IMG/VR virus record: IMGVR_UViG_3300028025_000092
Source of the DNA: a virus
Strand: one strand, 5' to 3'
Length of the DNA stretch: 64,000 nucleotides
The notes under the pieces are model-generated. The model worked only from the letters and a program-made list of their open reading frames with translations, did no database searches and was not told where the DNA came from. Positions 9,527 to 18,879 of the stretch are shown one piece after another (position 1 is the stretch's first letter; every line of letters starts with the position of its first letter). The position numbers and the translations under genes were made by a program.

Positions 9527-10104
9527 TATTTCTTTTTCTTTCTTAGGTTAGCCTTTGCTTGTTTATAAAGTGCCTTATCTCCCATTTTAGAGGTCTTACC
9601 TCCTGTAACAAATGAGTTAACCCTTGCCATTGCCCATTGTTGGGGATTAGTTCCTGGAATATGGCCTATTTTCCATGCTGCGTATCCTCTTTTCCACACT
9701 TTCTTTAAAATGCCTAACGGAAATCTGGTTTTTTCAGATTTCTTTTTAAGAGCTTTATTTACCGGACTAGAAACAGAATCCACACCCTCATTAAGATTAT
9801 CCAAGTTATATTCTTCGTTTAATTCGTTAAAAACCTCCCATGCTGCAATTTCTGCTGCTTCTAAAAAGGAATCAAATCCTAATAGTTCGTTGTTTTCGTT
9901 TTCCCCAAACATTTTCTTGTATTTTTTTGTGTATTGACTAGTTTTTGTATCTACTGGTTTACCCTTTCCTGCTTTTCCTGACTTATAATCAGCATCCCAT
10001 TCAGTATATGCCGACGGATCATTATCAGCCTTATCCTTATTCTTTTTAATCTCCCTTTTCATTATTCTGGGATTTTTGGACAAATATTTCTTAGGAACTT
10101 TCAT
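9526..10104 (-). CDS. Lys-rich DUF5824-like protein, probable internal virion protein
   Basis: C-terminal ILKKVWKRGYAAW..GH.PG..PQQWAMARVNSF..GGKT motif; preceded by AATATATA. Confidence 0.7.
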   Translation of the reverse strand: MKVPKKYLSKNPRIMKREIKKNKDKADNDPSAYTEWDADYKSGKAGKGKPVDTKTSQYTKKYKKMFGENENNELLGFDSFLEAAEIAAWEVFNELNEEYNLDNLNEGVDSVSSPVNKALKKKSEKTRFPLGILKKVWKRGYAAWKIGHIPGTNPQQWAMARVNSFVTGGKTSKMGDKALYKQAKANLRKKKK

Positions 10105-10109
10105 AAATC

Positions 10110-10117
10110 TATATATT
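10110..10117 (-). promoter_or_regulatory. Candidate late promoter AATATATA
   Basis: Only 5 nt before the ATG at 10104. Confidence 0.55.
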
Positions 10118-10127
10118 CGAGTTTAAT

Positions 10128-10157
10128 TTGAAATAATTCCTAATTACTTTCTATAAT
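10128..10157 (+). promoter_or_regulatory. Candidate early promoter (TTGAAA-N18-TATAAT, also readable as GAAAT-N17-TATAAT)
   Basis: Perfect TATAAT in a divergent intergenic region upstream of 10191. Confidence 0.55.
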
Positions 10158-10190
10158 AGGGTAACAACAAGTAAATCGCCTTAGCGGACT

Positions 10191-10823
10191 ATGTTTAAAA
10201 AGCTAAAGAAAATAATAAGCATTATGACAGAAAAAGATCTTTCCGAGCTGAAAGAAGAATATGAGAAGTATTCCTATCAGTGGATAAAGGGTGACAATCT
10301 ATCTATAACACAGCACTACCAGGATATTTTAGAAGAGGGAGGTAAAAAGTATATTATCTTCACTGATAAAAGCCGTATATCTTTAGACCTTTTGGACGAG
10401 TATATGATCAGGGTAGAAAGAGGATTCGAGGAGCAGGTAAAAGTTATTAACCCAACAAAGGAACTAATTCAAATGGACGAAGAAATTACCAAGCAGAGCG
10501 TGGTAAAATCCAGGGAATTATCACAGGATAAACAAAAAGTTGAAATTGAAAATAGCCCCATATTTTCTTTGCTTGCAAAACAGAAAGAAAACTGGGTGGA
10601 CGTGGATCTTAGATTGAGCATTAATTTACCACCCAAAAGCCTCTGGGACGTTTTAATGGGATCTTTTGATGATGCTGAAAAAGATATTCTGGAGTACGTG
10701 ACAAAGGACCTTGATATAGAGGTTGTGAGGCAATCTTTGAGGGAATCTATAAAAGAGATATATAAAAAAAATAAAAATATTCCACTAAAAAATGTCAGAT
10801 CCCAAGATTCTGTTCCAGAATAA
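10191..10823 (+). CDS. Hypothetical protein
   Basis: 210-aa ORF; alternative start at ATG 10224. No motif recognised. Confidence 0.75.
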   Translation: MFKKLKKIISIMTEKDLSELKEEYEKYSYQWIKGDNLSITQHYQDILEEGGKKYIIFTDKSRISLDLLDEYMIRVERGFEEQVKVINPTKELIQMDEEITKQSVVKSRELSQDKQKVEIENSPIFSLLAKQKENWVDVDLRLSINLPPKSLWDVLMGSFDDAEKDILEYVTKDLDIEVVRQSLRESIKEIYKKNKNIPLKNVRSQDSVPE

Positions 10824-11310
10824 CTACATAGAGGTTATAGAAAATAAAGGCATTGTTGGAATTAAACAAAAAAGCCCATCAGTAATTATACTTCCATATA
10901 CCACAGATGAATCGGGTAATCCTAGATCTCTGGGATTAATAGCCGAACCTTCGTCCATTAAGGAAGAAAAAATAACACACACTATTATAACAGGTAGTCC
11001 AGAGGATTCTGATGTTGATATTCTAGCAACAGCCAAAAGGGAATTAAAAGAAGAATCTGGATATGAGGTCGAAGACACAGAGAAGTGGGATTTTTTAGGA
11101 AATATACAAACCTCTAAGTTAATTGTTAACGGAAATCCAGCTTTCGGCGTGGACGTTACTGACCTACAGAATAAAGAAAAATCCGGCGACGGATCAGACA
11201 AGGAAGAAAATACAAAATTTTCTCTTATTCCAGTAAATGACGCTATAAATTTAGATGATGCTTTAATCTCTTGTTTATTTCTAAAAATATTTCAAAATAA
11301 ATTAATTTAA
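10792..11310 (+). CDS. Nudix hydrolase
   Basis: Variant Nudix box G-x5-D-x8-RELKEESGY; GATATATA at 10757-10764 upstream. Confidence 0.85.
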   Translation: MSDPKILFQNNYIEVIENKGIVGIKQKSPSVIILPYTTDESGNPRSLGLIAEPSSIKEEKITHTIITGSPEDSDVDILATAKRELKEESGYEVEDTEKWDFLGNIQTSKLIVNGNPAFGVDVTDLQNKEKSGDGSDKEENTKFSLIPVNDAINLDDALISCLFLKIFQNKLI

Positions 11311-11315
11311 AAGAT

Positions 11316-11609
11316 ATGTTTAATCAAATTCCTTCGAGGAGAGAAAGAAGAGCGCTTGCTAAAAAACTAGGATTAACAGGTAAAAAAGAATCATTAAAAC
11401 AATTCACAGAAAGAACTAGAAGATCTGCTGAATTTGGAAAACAACTACATTTACAGCATTTACAAAATCAGGAAAATCATAGAATCAATTTAGAATCAAA
11501 TTTAGAAGAAGGTAAAGAACAGGAGCAGCAAACCCCAACTGATTCTCCAAATTGGGGATTAGAAGATTTTAAACAACAAATTATAAGTGGAGAAAATCCA
11601 GAAGCCTAA
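11316..11609 (+). CDS. Hypothetical protein with N-terminal SRRERRA basic motif and acidic tail
   Basis: 97-aa ORF in an operon-like arrangement. Confidence 0.7.
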   Translation: MFNQIPSRRERRALAKKLGLTGKKESLKQFTERTRRSAEFGKQLHLQHLQNQENHRINLESNLEEGKEQEQQTPTDSPNWGLEDFKQQIISGENPEA

Positions 11610-11928
11610 AAGAACTACCCTTAAAATACATCTAACTGCGCTTTCTTATCGGGAAATCAAGAAAACCTTGATCGATAATGAGAAAGTCTCTTATATTGAT
11701 GTTACTAAGATTATTACCGATAGTTTTGGTGATAAAGATCTTAGTGATATTCAATACTGGATTTTAAACCAAATGATAGTCAAAAAGATAGAATCGTTTA
11801 AAACCACCAATACCAACCGCATTTTTATTACCATAAAGGATCCTAACAAGGGTTCGGTTAAGTCATTCAAAGAGCTTCTCTCCGAAGCTAAGCTATCTCC
11901 CGCACAGGTAGAAATTTACAGCATTTAA
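11587..11928 (+). CDS. Hypothetical protein
   Basis: GTG-start 113-aa ORF overlapping the previous gene and filling the gap. Confidence 0.6.
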   Translation: MEKIQKPKRTTLKIHLTALSYREIKKTLIDNEKVSYIDVTKIITDSFGDKDLSDIQYWILNQMIVKKIESFKTTNTNRIFITIKDPNKGSVKSFKELLSEAKLSPAQVEIYSI

Positions 11929-11956
11929 TTTTTTTAGACCCTTCTTGTAATACAGG

Positions 11957-11964
11957 AATATATA
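11957..11964 (+). promoter_or_regulatory. Candidate late promoter AATATATA
   Basis: Heads the baseplate operon, 18 nt before ATG 11983. Confidence 0.6.
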
Positions 11965-11982
11965 ATTGAAATAAAGTAGTAA

Positions 11983-13848
11983 ATGTCAACAGAAGGAGTA
12001 GTAGATTCAAGGGGTGCCGCACTACAAAGCGCAACAAACGTTCAATCTATAACAAATAACACATCAAAGGCGTTTGATAAAACCATTGACAAGAGCTCTG
12101 AGCTTGAGGGGTTAATCTATAAATTTAATAGCGACAAGGAATATGGTGTTTTTGAAAACTTTAGTGATGCTGTTACCACGCTTCCCTCTTCTTTATTTTA
12201 TGAAGCCCAATCCTCCGAGGATGGGAGATTAGGACTTTTTAATTATTATATTATAGGGGATATTAGAAGTGCAACTGATGGTAAAGGAAAGGTAACATAT
12301 GCACAATCTGAAAGATTTGAACAGAATCAGGTGGTAACACCTGAGATAAGTAGAAATCCAACAGCTAATGCAATTATACAGGAGACAACAGCTAGTGGTG
12401 CATATTTAAATCCTAGAAGTAAGTATGTATCACAGCCATATAATGTCAAAGACTTCATTTTTTGTAAGCACTACGGGGTTATTCCTAATAACAGGATGAT
12501 AACATTAAGAAGATTTCCTAATTCAGTTATGGACAACCTAAGGGTGCCTACACCAGGACAAAGACCAGAAGCCGTTGATAAGGCAGGAAAACTACAGGGA
12601 CAATTAGTAGAAGGTGCGTCTATTTCTACCGAACAGATGATTAAAGAGGGTGCATGTTTACCCATAGCACAAGCAGTCACTTTCTTTGGGACAGAAACAG
12701 GAAATAGTCTAGATTCTATATTAGGAATAAGCACCGGATTAAACTTTAGATCTGCAGATCAGGAAAGGCTTAAAAAAGCTTACGGAAACGATAAAGGCTT
12801 TATGCAAAGTACCCTCGGTAAGTATATTGAGGCCTTAGCTGGAAATGAACTTACGGGTAATCTTAAAGGTCTTAGTAATGCCATAGGAACTATCACAGAT
12901 CCTGATAATCAGGAATTAAAAATTAGAAGACAGCTATTTGACAATCTAACTACAGGTGACGGTCCTTTATCCAAAAGAATTTTTGTTGATGTTAATACTG
13001 TTAACCAAATGATGTTAAGGGATGTTGGTTTTACTGGAGGGGATCAGACATTTAGCCTTACCTTTAATTATAGCCTCACTAGTGTTGGAGAAATTAATAG
13101 CAGAATGATGTTTATAGATTTAATGGCAAATCTATTAGCAATCGGCAGTGACTATGGTAAATTTTTAGTACCCCAATTATTAGTGCAATCAAATAGACAG
13201 GGTATCGGATTTCCTAATGGATCTAAAGGTTTCGTTAAACATCTAACCCATCCATTGGAATTCCTGAATGATATGATTAAACTTAACTTCGAGGCTGAAG
13301 TAAAATCCAAGATCGAAAATTTGAAGGGAACTTTAGAAAAGTCTAAAAACGAAATACAGGGATTAAGTAAGGGACAACCACTATCTAAGGATGGACACGT
13401 ATACAAGACATTAACTGCAATGCTAACCAATGATTTGATAAACCAGTTGGTATATGAACCTATAATGCTTTCTGGATATCCAACGGGGGAATGGCACGTT
13501 GTTGTTGGAAACCCTCTAAACCCTATCGCTATGATAGGAAATTTAATCTGTACTAATGTTAGTATTAAGCTTAATAACGTTTTAGGTCCTGATGATTTTC
13601 CAACTGAATTAACTGCTACTTTTAACATGAAAGCAGCAAGGCAGAAACATAGAGGAGATTTTGAAAGTATGTTTAATAGGGGTAACGGAAGATTATATCT
13701 CGGTAAAGGTCCAATTAGCGATGCTACCCTCAATGCTCAGGTTGGTGCCATCAGTGGTAATGATATACAAGGACCATTATCAGGTGACGCTAGAATTGAT
13801 GCATCTAACTTTACTGGATCGGATATAGACCCTTTGTTAGGTAATTAA
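11983..13848 (+). CDS. Baseplate/tail-tube cap protein (gp48-like, tentative)
   Basis: C-terminal NLICTNVSIK...DDFPTELTATF resembles tube-fold cap proteins; lies directly before the gp53-like gene. Confidence 0.5.
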   Translation: MSTEGVVDSRGAALQSATNVQSITNNTSKAFDKTIDKSSELEGLIYKFNSDKEYGVFENFSDAVTTLPSSLFYEAQSSEDGRLGLFNYYIIGDIRSATDGKGKVTYAQSERFEQNQVVTPEISRNPTANAIIQETTASGAYLNPRSKYVSQPYNVKDFIFCKHYGVIPNNRMITLRRFPNSVMDNLRVPTPGQRPEAVDKAGKLQGQLVEGASISTEQMIKEGACLPIAQAVTFFGTETGNSLDSILGISTGLNFRSADQERLKKAYGNDKGFMQSTLGKYIEALAGNELTGNLKGLSNAIGTITDPDNQELKIRRQLFDNLTTGDGPLSKRIFVDVNTVNQMMLRDVGFTGGDQTFSLTFNYSLTSVGEINSRMMFIDLMANLLAIGSDYGKFLVPQLLVQSNRQGIGFPNGSKGFVKHLTHPLEFLNDMIKLNFEAEVKSKIENLKGTLEKSKNEIQGLSKGQPLSKDGHVYKTLTAMLTNDLINQLVYEPIMLSGYPTGEWHVVVGNPLNPIAMIGNLICTNVSIKLNNVLGPDDFPTELTATFNMKAARQKHRGDFESMFNRGNGRLYLGKGPISDATLNAQVGAISGNDIQGPLSGDARIDASNFTGSDIDPLLGN

Positions 13849-13867
13849 TTATAAATAACAGAAAGAT

Positions 13868-14461
13868 ATGATTAGTATAGATATTTTAGATAATAAACAA
13901 GAAAAAATCATTAATGGGATTAATATGATTGATCTAACAACGCAGTCAATTAATCAGGATATTAACCCAGGATATTCTAGGTTTATAGTTACCACAGAGG
14001 AAATGACAATGAGAGCAGATCTTGTTTCCCATATGTATTGTGGGAGCCAAGATAAAATGGGAACTCTTTTAAAATTAAACTCAATAGGTAATCCATTTTC
14101 TCTTGATAGTAACGAGGTCTTATTTATACCAGATTCCGCGACATTAAGTAATCTTCCTAGGAAGCCAGTTGGAGAAGAGCAAGGAGAGGTTAGAAAATCA
14201 TTCAGAAAACAATTACAGGAAAGAATATCAAAAGTATCCGAAAATAGAAAAGAATATCTTAATTCAGTAAGTATCAGCGAGGCGACACAGGTTCCTCTGC
14301 CTCCTAACGTTGCACAAGAAGGATCTGAACAATTTAAAGTTGAAAACGGAAAACTTATTTTTGGGTCTGATATAGGGGTATGTAGAACAAAGATACAACA
14401 GAACAAATCTGTTGCAACAATAAAATCAAGATTCGCACAGAGACAAATTTTTGAATCATGA
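13868..14461 (+). CDS. Baseplate wedge protein, gp53/LysM-like
   Basis: RADLVSHMYCG...LLKLNSIGNPFSL....LFIP. Confidence 0.7.
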   Translation: MISIDILDNKQEKIINGINMIDLTTQSINQDINPGYSRFIVTTEEMTMRADLVSHMYCGSQDKMGTLLKLNSIGNPFSLDSNEVLFIPDSATLSNLPRKPVGEEQGEVRKSFRKQLQERISKVSENRKEYLNSVSISEATQVPLPPNVAQEGSEQFKVENGKLIFGSDIGVCRTKIQQNKSVATIKSRFAQRQIFES

Positions 14462-15969
14462 TAGACAGCAAAAAAACTATAATTCAGTTAGACAAAGAAA
14501 CTATAATTCTTGATGAGCTTTCTATCATAGATGAAATAGGATCTTTCGATAAAAATCAAATAGAAAAAACCGGTGCTAGAGAAGAAACATCTATAGGTTT
14601 TGGAGCACCCCTAATCATCATAAATTCCTATATGGTTAGGAATATTGAATTTTTCAGATTAGATCTAACAGAAAGAATTCCCCAATTAATATTTAGGTTT
14701 ACCCCAGAGAATGAAAGTTTTCTTTATACATCATATCCTAAGGATGGGGATGTTGTTGGTCTTTATATAAGAGCAACATCGGAATTATACAAACCGATAA
14801 GAATGGATATGTTAGTAACTGAGGTATTTAGTCATTTTTCTAACTCTCCAATACCGGAGGATAAAGCTAATTCGGTGGGAACATCATTTACAATTAAATC
14901 ACAAATGAGAATTCCTACTTTATTCCAACATATTTCTAAATCCTATATCAATAAAACATCATTTGAAACACTAAGAGAAATAGCAAAGGATCTTGGTTTA
15001 GGTTTTGCCTCAAACGAGAAAGGAACTAACGATAGGATGAATTGGATATGTCCAAGTAAAACCTATTATAAATTCATGCAGGACTTATGCAATTCATCCT
15101 GGTTGGGAGAAGAGGATTTCTTTGATTGGTGGATAGATCAATACTATGTTTTAAATTTTGTTAATCTCAGAAAACAGTTATTAGAAAAAAGTAAAGATGA
15201 AACAAATATACTAGCAGCTATAGGAACAGAAAATGGAATTAGCGGAGGATTGGACGGAAACATTAAGCCTAGCGAAATCTCAATGCCATTACTAATAACT
15301 AATGATCCCTATTATAACAAGTATCCTTTTTTTATAACAACATATTCAGTTAAAAACTCGTCTGGACATATTACAAACAATTTTGGATATTCTAGAGATT
15401 TAGAATTTTACGATACAAGATTAGTTAGCGATATGCCTGTTAATAAATTTGTAAGTTATAACGTTGAATATGTAACCCAGAAAAATCTAGATCCTAGTAG
15501 CACACTTTTCAAGGGAAGAGCTAACGAAGATGTTTATAAAAACGAAAGAAAGAAAACATGGGTCGGAACCCAATATGGGGAAAACCAACATAAAAATATA
15601 CAGCAAGCTTTAGTTCAAAACAGACTTAATAGATACGAAAACTTTAAGGTTTATTTAGAAACAAAAATGCACTCATACGTTCCTTGGGTTTATAGAGGAC
15701 AAACAGTACCAACTAGGATAGTTCATATGGATGCAATAACAGCAGGAGCTAACTCTGTTGAAAGTAAACAAAGTCCACCTATTGATCCTCAACAACACGA
15801 GGCAGGTAAAAAAGTAGACAATAAGTTTTTAAGCGGTGTGTATATGATCATGGGTTCTTATATTGAGTATATAGATAGTAAAATTACCCAATCTTTTGTT
15901 CTAGGAAAAAGAGAATGGTTAATCAACGACGGAAGGGGATCAGACCCTGGACCTAAAGTATCTAAATAA
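14458..15969 (+). CDS. Baseplate hub protein (gp27/gpD-like)
   Basis: SY..KTSFETLREIAKDLGL and WIDQYY.LNFV pattern; position between gp53-like and gp5-like genes. Confidence 0.55.
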   Translation: MIDSKKTIIQLDKETIILDELSIIDEIGSFDKNQIEKTGAREETSIGFGAPLIIINSYMVRNIEFFRLDLTERIPQLIFRFTPENESFLYTSYPKDGDVVGLYIRATSELYKPIRMDMLVTEVFSHFSNSPIPEDKANSVGTSFTIKSQMRIPTLFQHISKSYINKTSFETLREIAKDLGLGFASNEKGTNDRMNWICPSKTYYKFMQDLCNSSWLGEEDFFDWWIDQYYVLNFVNLRKQLLEKSKDETNILAAIGTENGISGGLDGNIKPSEISMPLLITNDPYYNKYPFFITTYSVKNSSGHITNNFGYSRDLEFYDTRLVSDMPVNKFVSYNVEYVTQKNLDPSSTLFKGRANEDVYKNERKKTWVGTQYGENQHKNIQQALVQNRLNRYENFKVYLETKMHSYVPWVYRGQTVPTRIVHMDAITAGANSVESKQSPPIDPQQHEAGKKVDNKFLSGVYMIMGSYIEYIDSKITQSFVLGKREWLINDGRGSDPGPKVSK

Positions 15970-15972
15970 AAG

Positions 15973-18051
15973 ATGGCAAGTTATTTAAACGAAATTAAGG
16001 ACAATCTCAGTAGCGTAACTGATCCCAATCAGATACTGAACCGTGGTGTAGATAAACAAAGAACCTTATTTCTTAAGGGATTAAAATCAACATCTTCCGG
16101 GCAAAAAGAAGATCCAACTTATACTGGATTTAGAATAATGTTCGACATGGGTCATAATGGATTAGTAGACCCTGAGACTTTTCTACCTATAAGTCCTTTA
16201 TTTTCTAACGGAAGAAGCGGCGAAGGAAATCCCAAGATGATGAAATTAGACGGATCAACCGACTTTTTCCATTTATCCAGACAAAAAATGTATCCATTTC
16301 CTAACTATACGGAAAAGATGCACTATATGACTGCAGAGGGATACCTTAGACAAAGAAGAAGTAAAGCAGAGAATGGATTAGGCGGAAATTTAACTGATAA
16401 TACAGGTAGAGTTATAGCAGGAGATAGGAGTCAAATACAAGATAGCTCGATATCACACAGGGCAGACTCTTTAGTTGGATTTAAAAATATATTAACTAGT
16501 GTTAATGAAAAAAGTCCTTGGTTTATTCAGTCTATAGAAGGTCTTGATAAAGTATTAAGTGTTACCCCACCAAGACAAGTAGGAGGAGGATCTGGATATA
16601 AAGAACAAAGGTCTGGTGTTTTAACCTTCGATTGCATGGATTCTATAGATTTAAGAATTAATGCAATGGCAGAGCTTTATAGAAAAGCAACATATGATTA
16701 TCAAAACCATAGAGAATTACTTCCAGCTAATCTAAGAAAGTTTAGAATGTGGATCATAGTAACGGAGATCAGGCAAATAGATTTGCAGAAAAATTTAGGA
16801 GATGTTTTAAATCCTTTTAATATGCCAGGTGTTTCAAGTGCTGTTGAGTCAATCCGTAATATAGCAAGTTCTGCTGGTGTTTTAAAGAACAAATCTACAG
16901 AATCTGAAAACCCTAAGAAAGATCTAGATTCGTTTGTAAAGTCGTTTGAAAGAATGCAGCCTTATATTATGATCTATCAATTGGATCTTTGTGAATTTAA
17001 TTTCGACGAATCCTATGCATTTGGAACTCTATCTAATTCAAATACATCATCAGGATCTCCCGTAAAAAATAGATTTAAGGTACATGTTGGATCCGCTAAA
17101 GAATACAAATTACAATACAATATACTTTCGGATTTAATTAGAAATGAATCCATATTTGCTCCTATACTAATACAAGATAGCTGGAATTTGATTGGTTCTA
17201 AAATTTTAATGAAGAATGCAACAACCGATAATAACACAAATCTTTTTAGGAACCTAGCAAGCAACTTCATTAACAATTCTATTGCTTCTGTAGTTCAACA
17301 GCAGGTTTCTCCTATTGTTACCAAGGCACTTTTAGGTAACGCTTATGGCTTTAGATTATCGGATGCTGTTAGATCATTAAATTCAGTTCAGGATGCGGTT
17401 AATGGACTAAGTAATATAAGATCTCCTTTTCAGAATTCGACGCCTCAGGCTAATGGTCTTGGTGGACCTAGTGAAAGACAATATCAGGTAGTGAAGGAGG
17501 ATGTTTATCCAAATAATGCCAATCCGCCAGCAGGGGGAAGCCTTGGAAATATTTTACCCGGGGCAGGAGCTCCTGGGACAGTTGGGGCTAATGATGTTTA
17601 TCCTAATAGCCCAGGTAGCGATCTTGGATTACCTTCTAGGATTTATCCAAAGTCTGATGATGATGTATACAGAAACGTGGGAGGAGATTTTAGTAATAAG
17701 GATCTTGGGGTACCTGATAGAATATATTCTAATCTACCAAAGGATGATGTTTATCCAAATAGCCCAGGAAGTGATTTAGGCTTGCCAAAAAGAATATACG
17801 TATCTACAAAAAACGAGGATCTTTATCCAGATTCACCAGGTAATGATCTTGGAGTTCCTGATAGGGTATACAGAGAAAGCGACGGAGGCGACAAAGATCT
17901 TTATCCAGACTCTCCCGGATCTAGTTTAGGTTTACCTGATAGATCCTATCCAACTAACAGTGCCGATGATCAATATCCAAACTCCCCCGGAAGTGATCTT
18001 GGTGTACCGTCTAGGGACTATAAAACAATCAGCGAAAGAGTATATAAATAA
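15973..18051 (+). CDS. Tail/baseplate structural protein with C-terminal peptide repeats
   Basis: Globular N-terminal part (DPTYTGF, PWFIQSIEGL, LPANLRKF) in the baseplate operon, followed by a repeat tail. Confidence 0.7.
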   Translation: MASYLNEIKDNLSSVTDPNQILNRGVDKQRTLFLKGLKSTSSGQKEDPTYTGFRIMFDMGHNGLVDPETFLPISPLFSNGRSGEGNPKMMKLDGSTDFFHLSRQKMYPFPNYTEKMHYMTAEGYLRQRRSKAENGLGGNLTDNTGRVIAGDRSQIQDSSISHRADSLVGFKNILTSVNEKSPWFIQSIEGLDKVLSVTPPRQVGGGSGYKEQRSGVLTFDCMDSIDLRINAMAELYRKATYDYQNHRELLPANLRKFRMWIIVTEIRQIDLQKNLGDVLNPFNMPGVSSAVESIRNIASSAGVLKNKSTESENPKKDLDSFVKSFERMQPYIMIYQLDLCEFNFDESYAFGTLSNSNTSSGSPVKNRFKVHVGSAKEYKLQYNILSDLIRNESIFAPILIQDSWNLIGSKILMKNATTDNNTNLFRNLASNFINNSIASVVQQQVSPIVTKALLGNAYGFRLSDAVRSLNSVQDAVNGLSNIRSPFQNSTPQANGLGGPSERQYQVVKEDVYPNNANPPAGGSLGNILPGAGAPGTVGANDVYPNSPGSDLGLPSRIYPKSDDDVYRNVGGDFSNKDLGVPDRIYSNLPKDDVYPNSPGSDLGLPKRIYVSTKNEDLYPDSPGNDLGVPDRVYRESDGGDKDLYPDSPGSSLGLPDRSYPTNSADDQYPNSPGSDLGVPSRDYKTISERVYK
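17500..18048 (+). repeat. Coding tandem repeat D[VLQ]YPxSPGSDLG[LV]PxRxY
   Basis: Units start at 17593, 17662, 17746, 17818, 17896 and 17968, plus a partial at 17500; spacing 69-93 nt, always a multiple of 3, with synonymous divergence. Confidence 0.95.
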
Positions 18052-18093
18052 GGGTTTTAGAAATAGGGATAAATAAGGTAAAATATTGTTTGT

Positions 18094-18879
18094 ATGCCTT
18101 TAGACAATCTCCAAGAATCCAATATAGAAAGAAGCCAACATTTCCTTGGTGTAATCGTCGATAACAAAGATCCCGAATTTAGAGCAAGATGTAAAGTTAG
18201 GGTTTTTGGCGTTTTTGACGGTATACAAGATTCTGATCTACCGTGGGCTTTTCAAAGATTCGATATTTCTTTTGGTGATAGCGGCGGTTCAGGCAGGGTC
18301 AGTATCCCAAAACTTGGTGCTATAGTTCATATTCAATTCAATAACGGTAACTATTATGCACCAGAATACAAAGCAGTACAGGAGCTTTCAGCAGATCTAA
18401 TAGAAGAACTAAAAAGCTCTTATGAAGGGGCTCATTCATTAATTTATGATAGCATAGAGAATCTTAAAATATTTTACACAGTAGCAAAGGGGTTAACGAT
18501 AGATTTAAAAGAATCAACCGTAGTAATTTCAAACGATAATTCCATAACAATAACCCATGCAGGACAAACCTCAACCCTAGAATTCAGAGGCGGTAAGATC
18601 ACAGAATACGCAAACTCTGAAATTGAAAGTACAGCAGTTACTAGAATTAAGCAAAGCAGCAATGAAGTTTGGGCAGACGGAAAAACAACTAAACTAGGGC
18701 ATTCCCCCGTTTATTCTGCAGTTTTGGCTGAGCCTTTATGGATGTTTTTAAAACAACTCGCAGCAGCAGTAGATGCTAAAGTTCCATCATGCCCCGGATG
18801 TATGGCTACGTTGGCAGAAAGTTACGAACAGCTATCCACTTCTGATGTAGTTAAGATAACAAAGAGCAATGAGCAATAA
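18094..18879 (+). CDS. Baseplate central spike, gp5/VgrG OB-fold, no lysozyme domain
   Basis: GVIVDNKDP...RCKVRVFG...LPWA...IPKLGA.V.IQF.NG, followed by a short beta-strand-rich region. Confidence 0.85.
   Translation: MPLDNLQESNIERSQHFLGVIVDNKDPEFRARCKVRVFGVFDGIQDSDLPWAFQRFDISFGDSGGSGRVSIPKLGAIVHIQFNNGNYYAPEYKAVQELSADLIEELKSSYEGAHSLIYDSIENLKIFYTVAKGLTIDLKESTVVISNDNSITITHAGQTSTLEFRGGKITEYANSEIESTAVTRIKQSSNEVWADGKTTKLGHSPVYSAVLAEPLWMFLKQLAAAVDAKVPSCPGCMATLAESYEQLSTSDVVKITKSNEQ

Noticed and set aside
17500-18048. CRISPR-like periodic DNA repeats
   Set aside because: Repeats are degenerate at codon third positions, spacing is always in frame within a long ORF, and no cas genes are present; it is a protein repeat.
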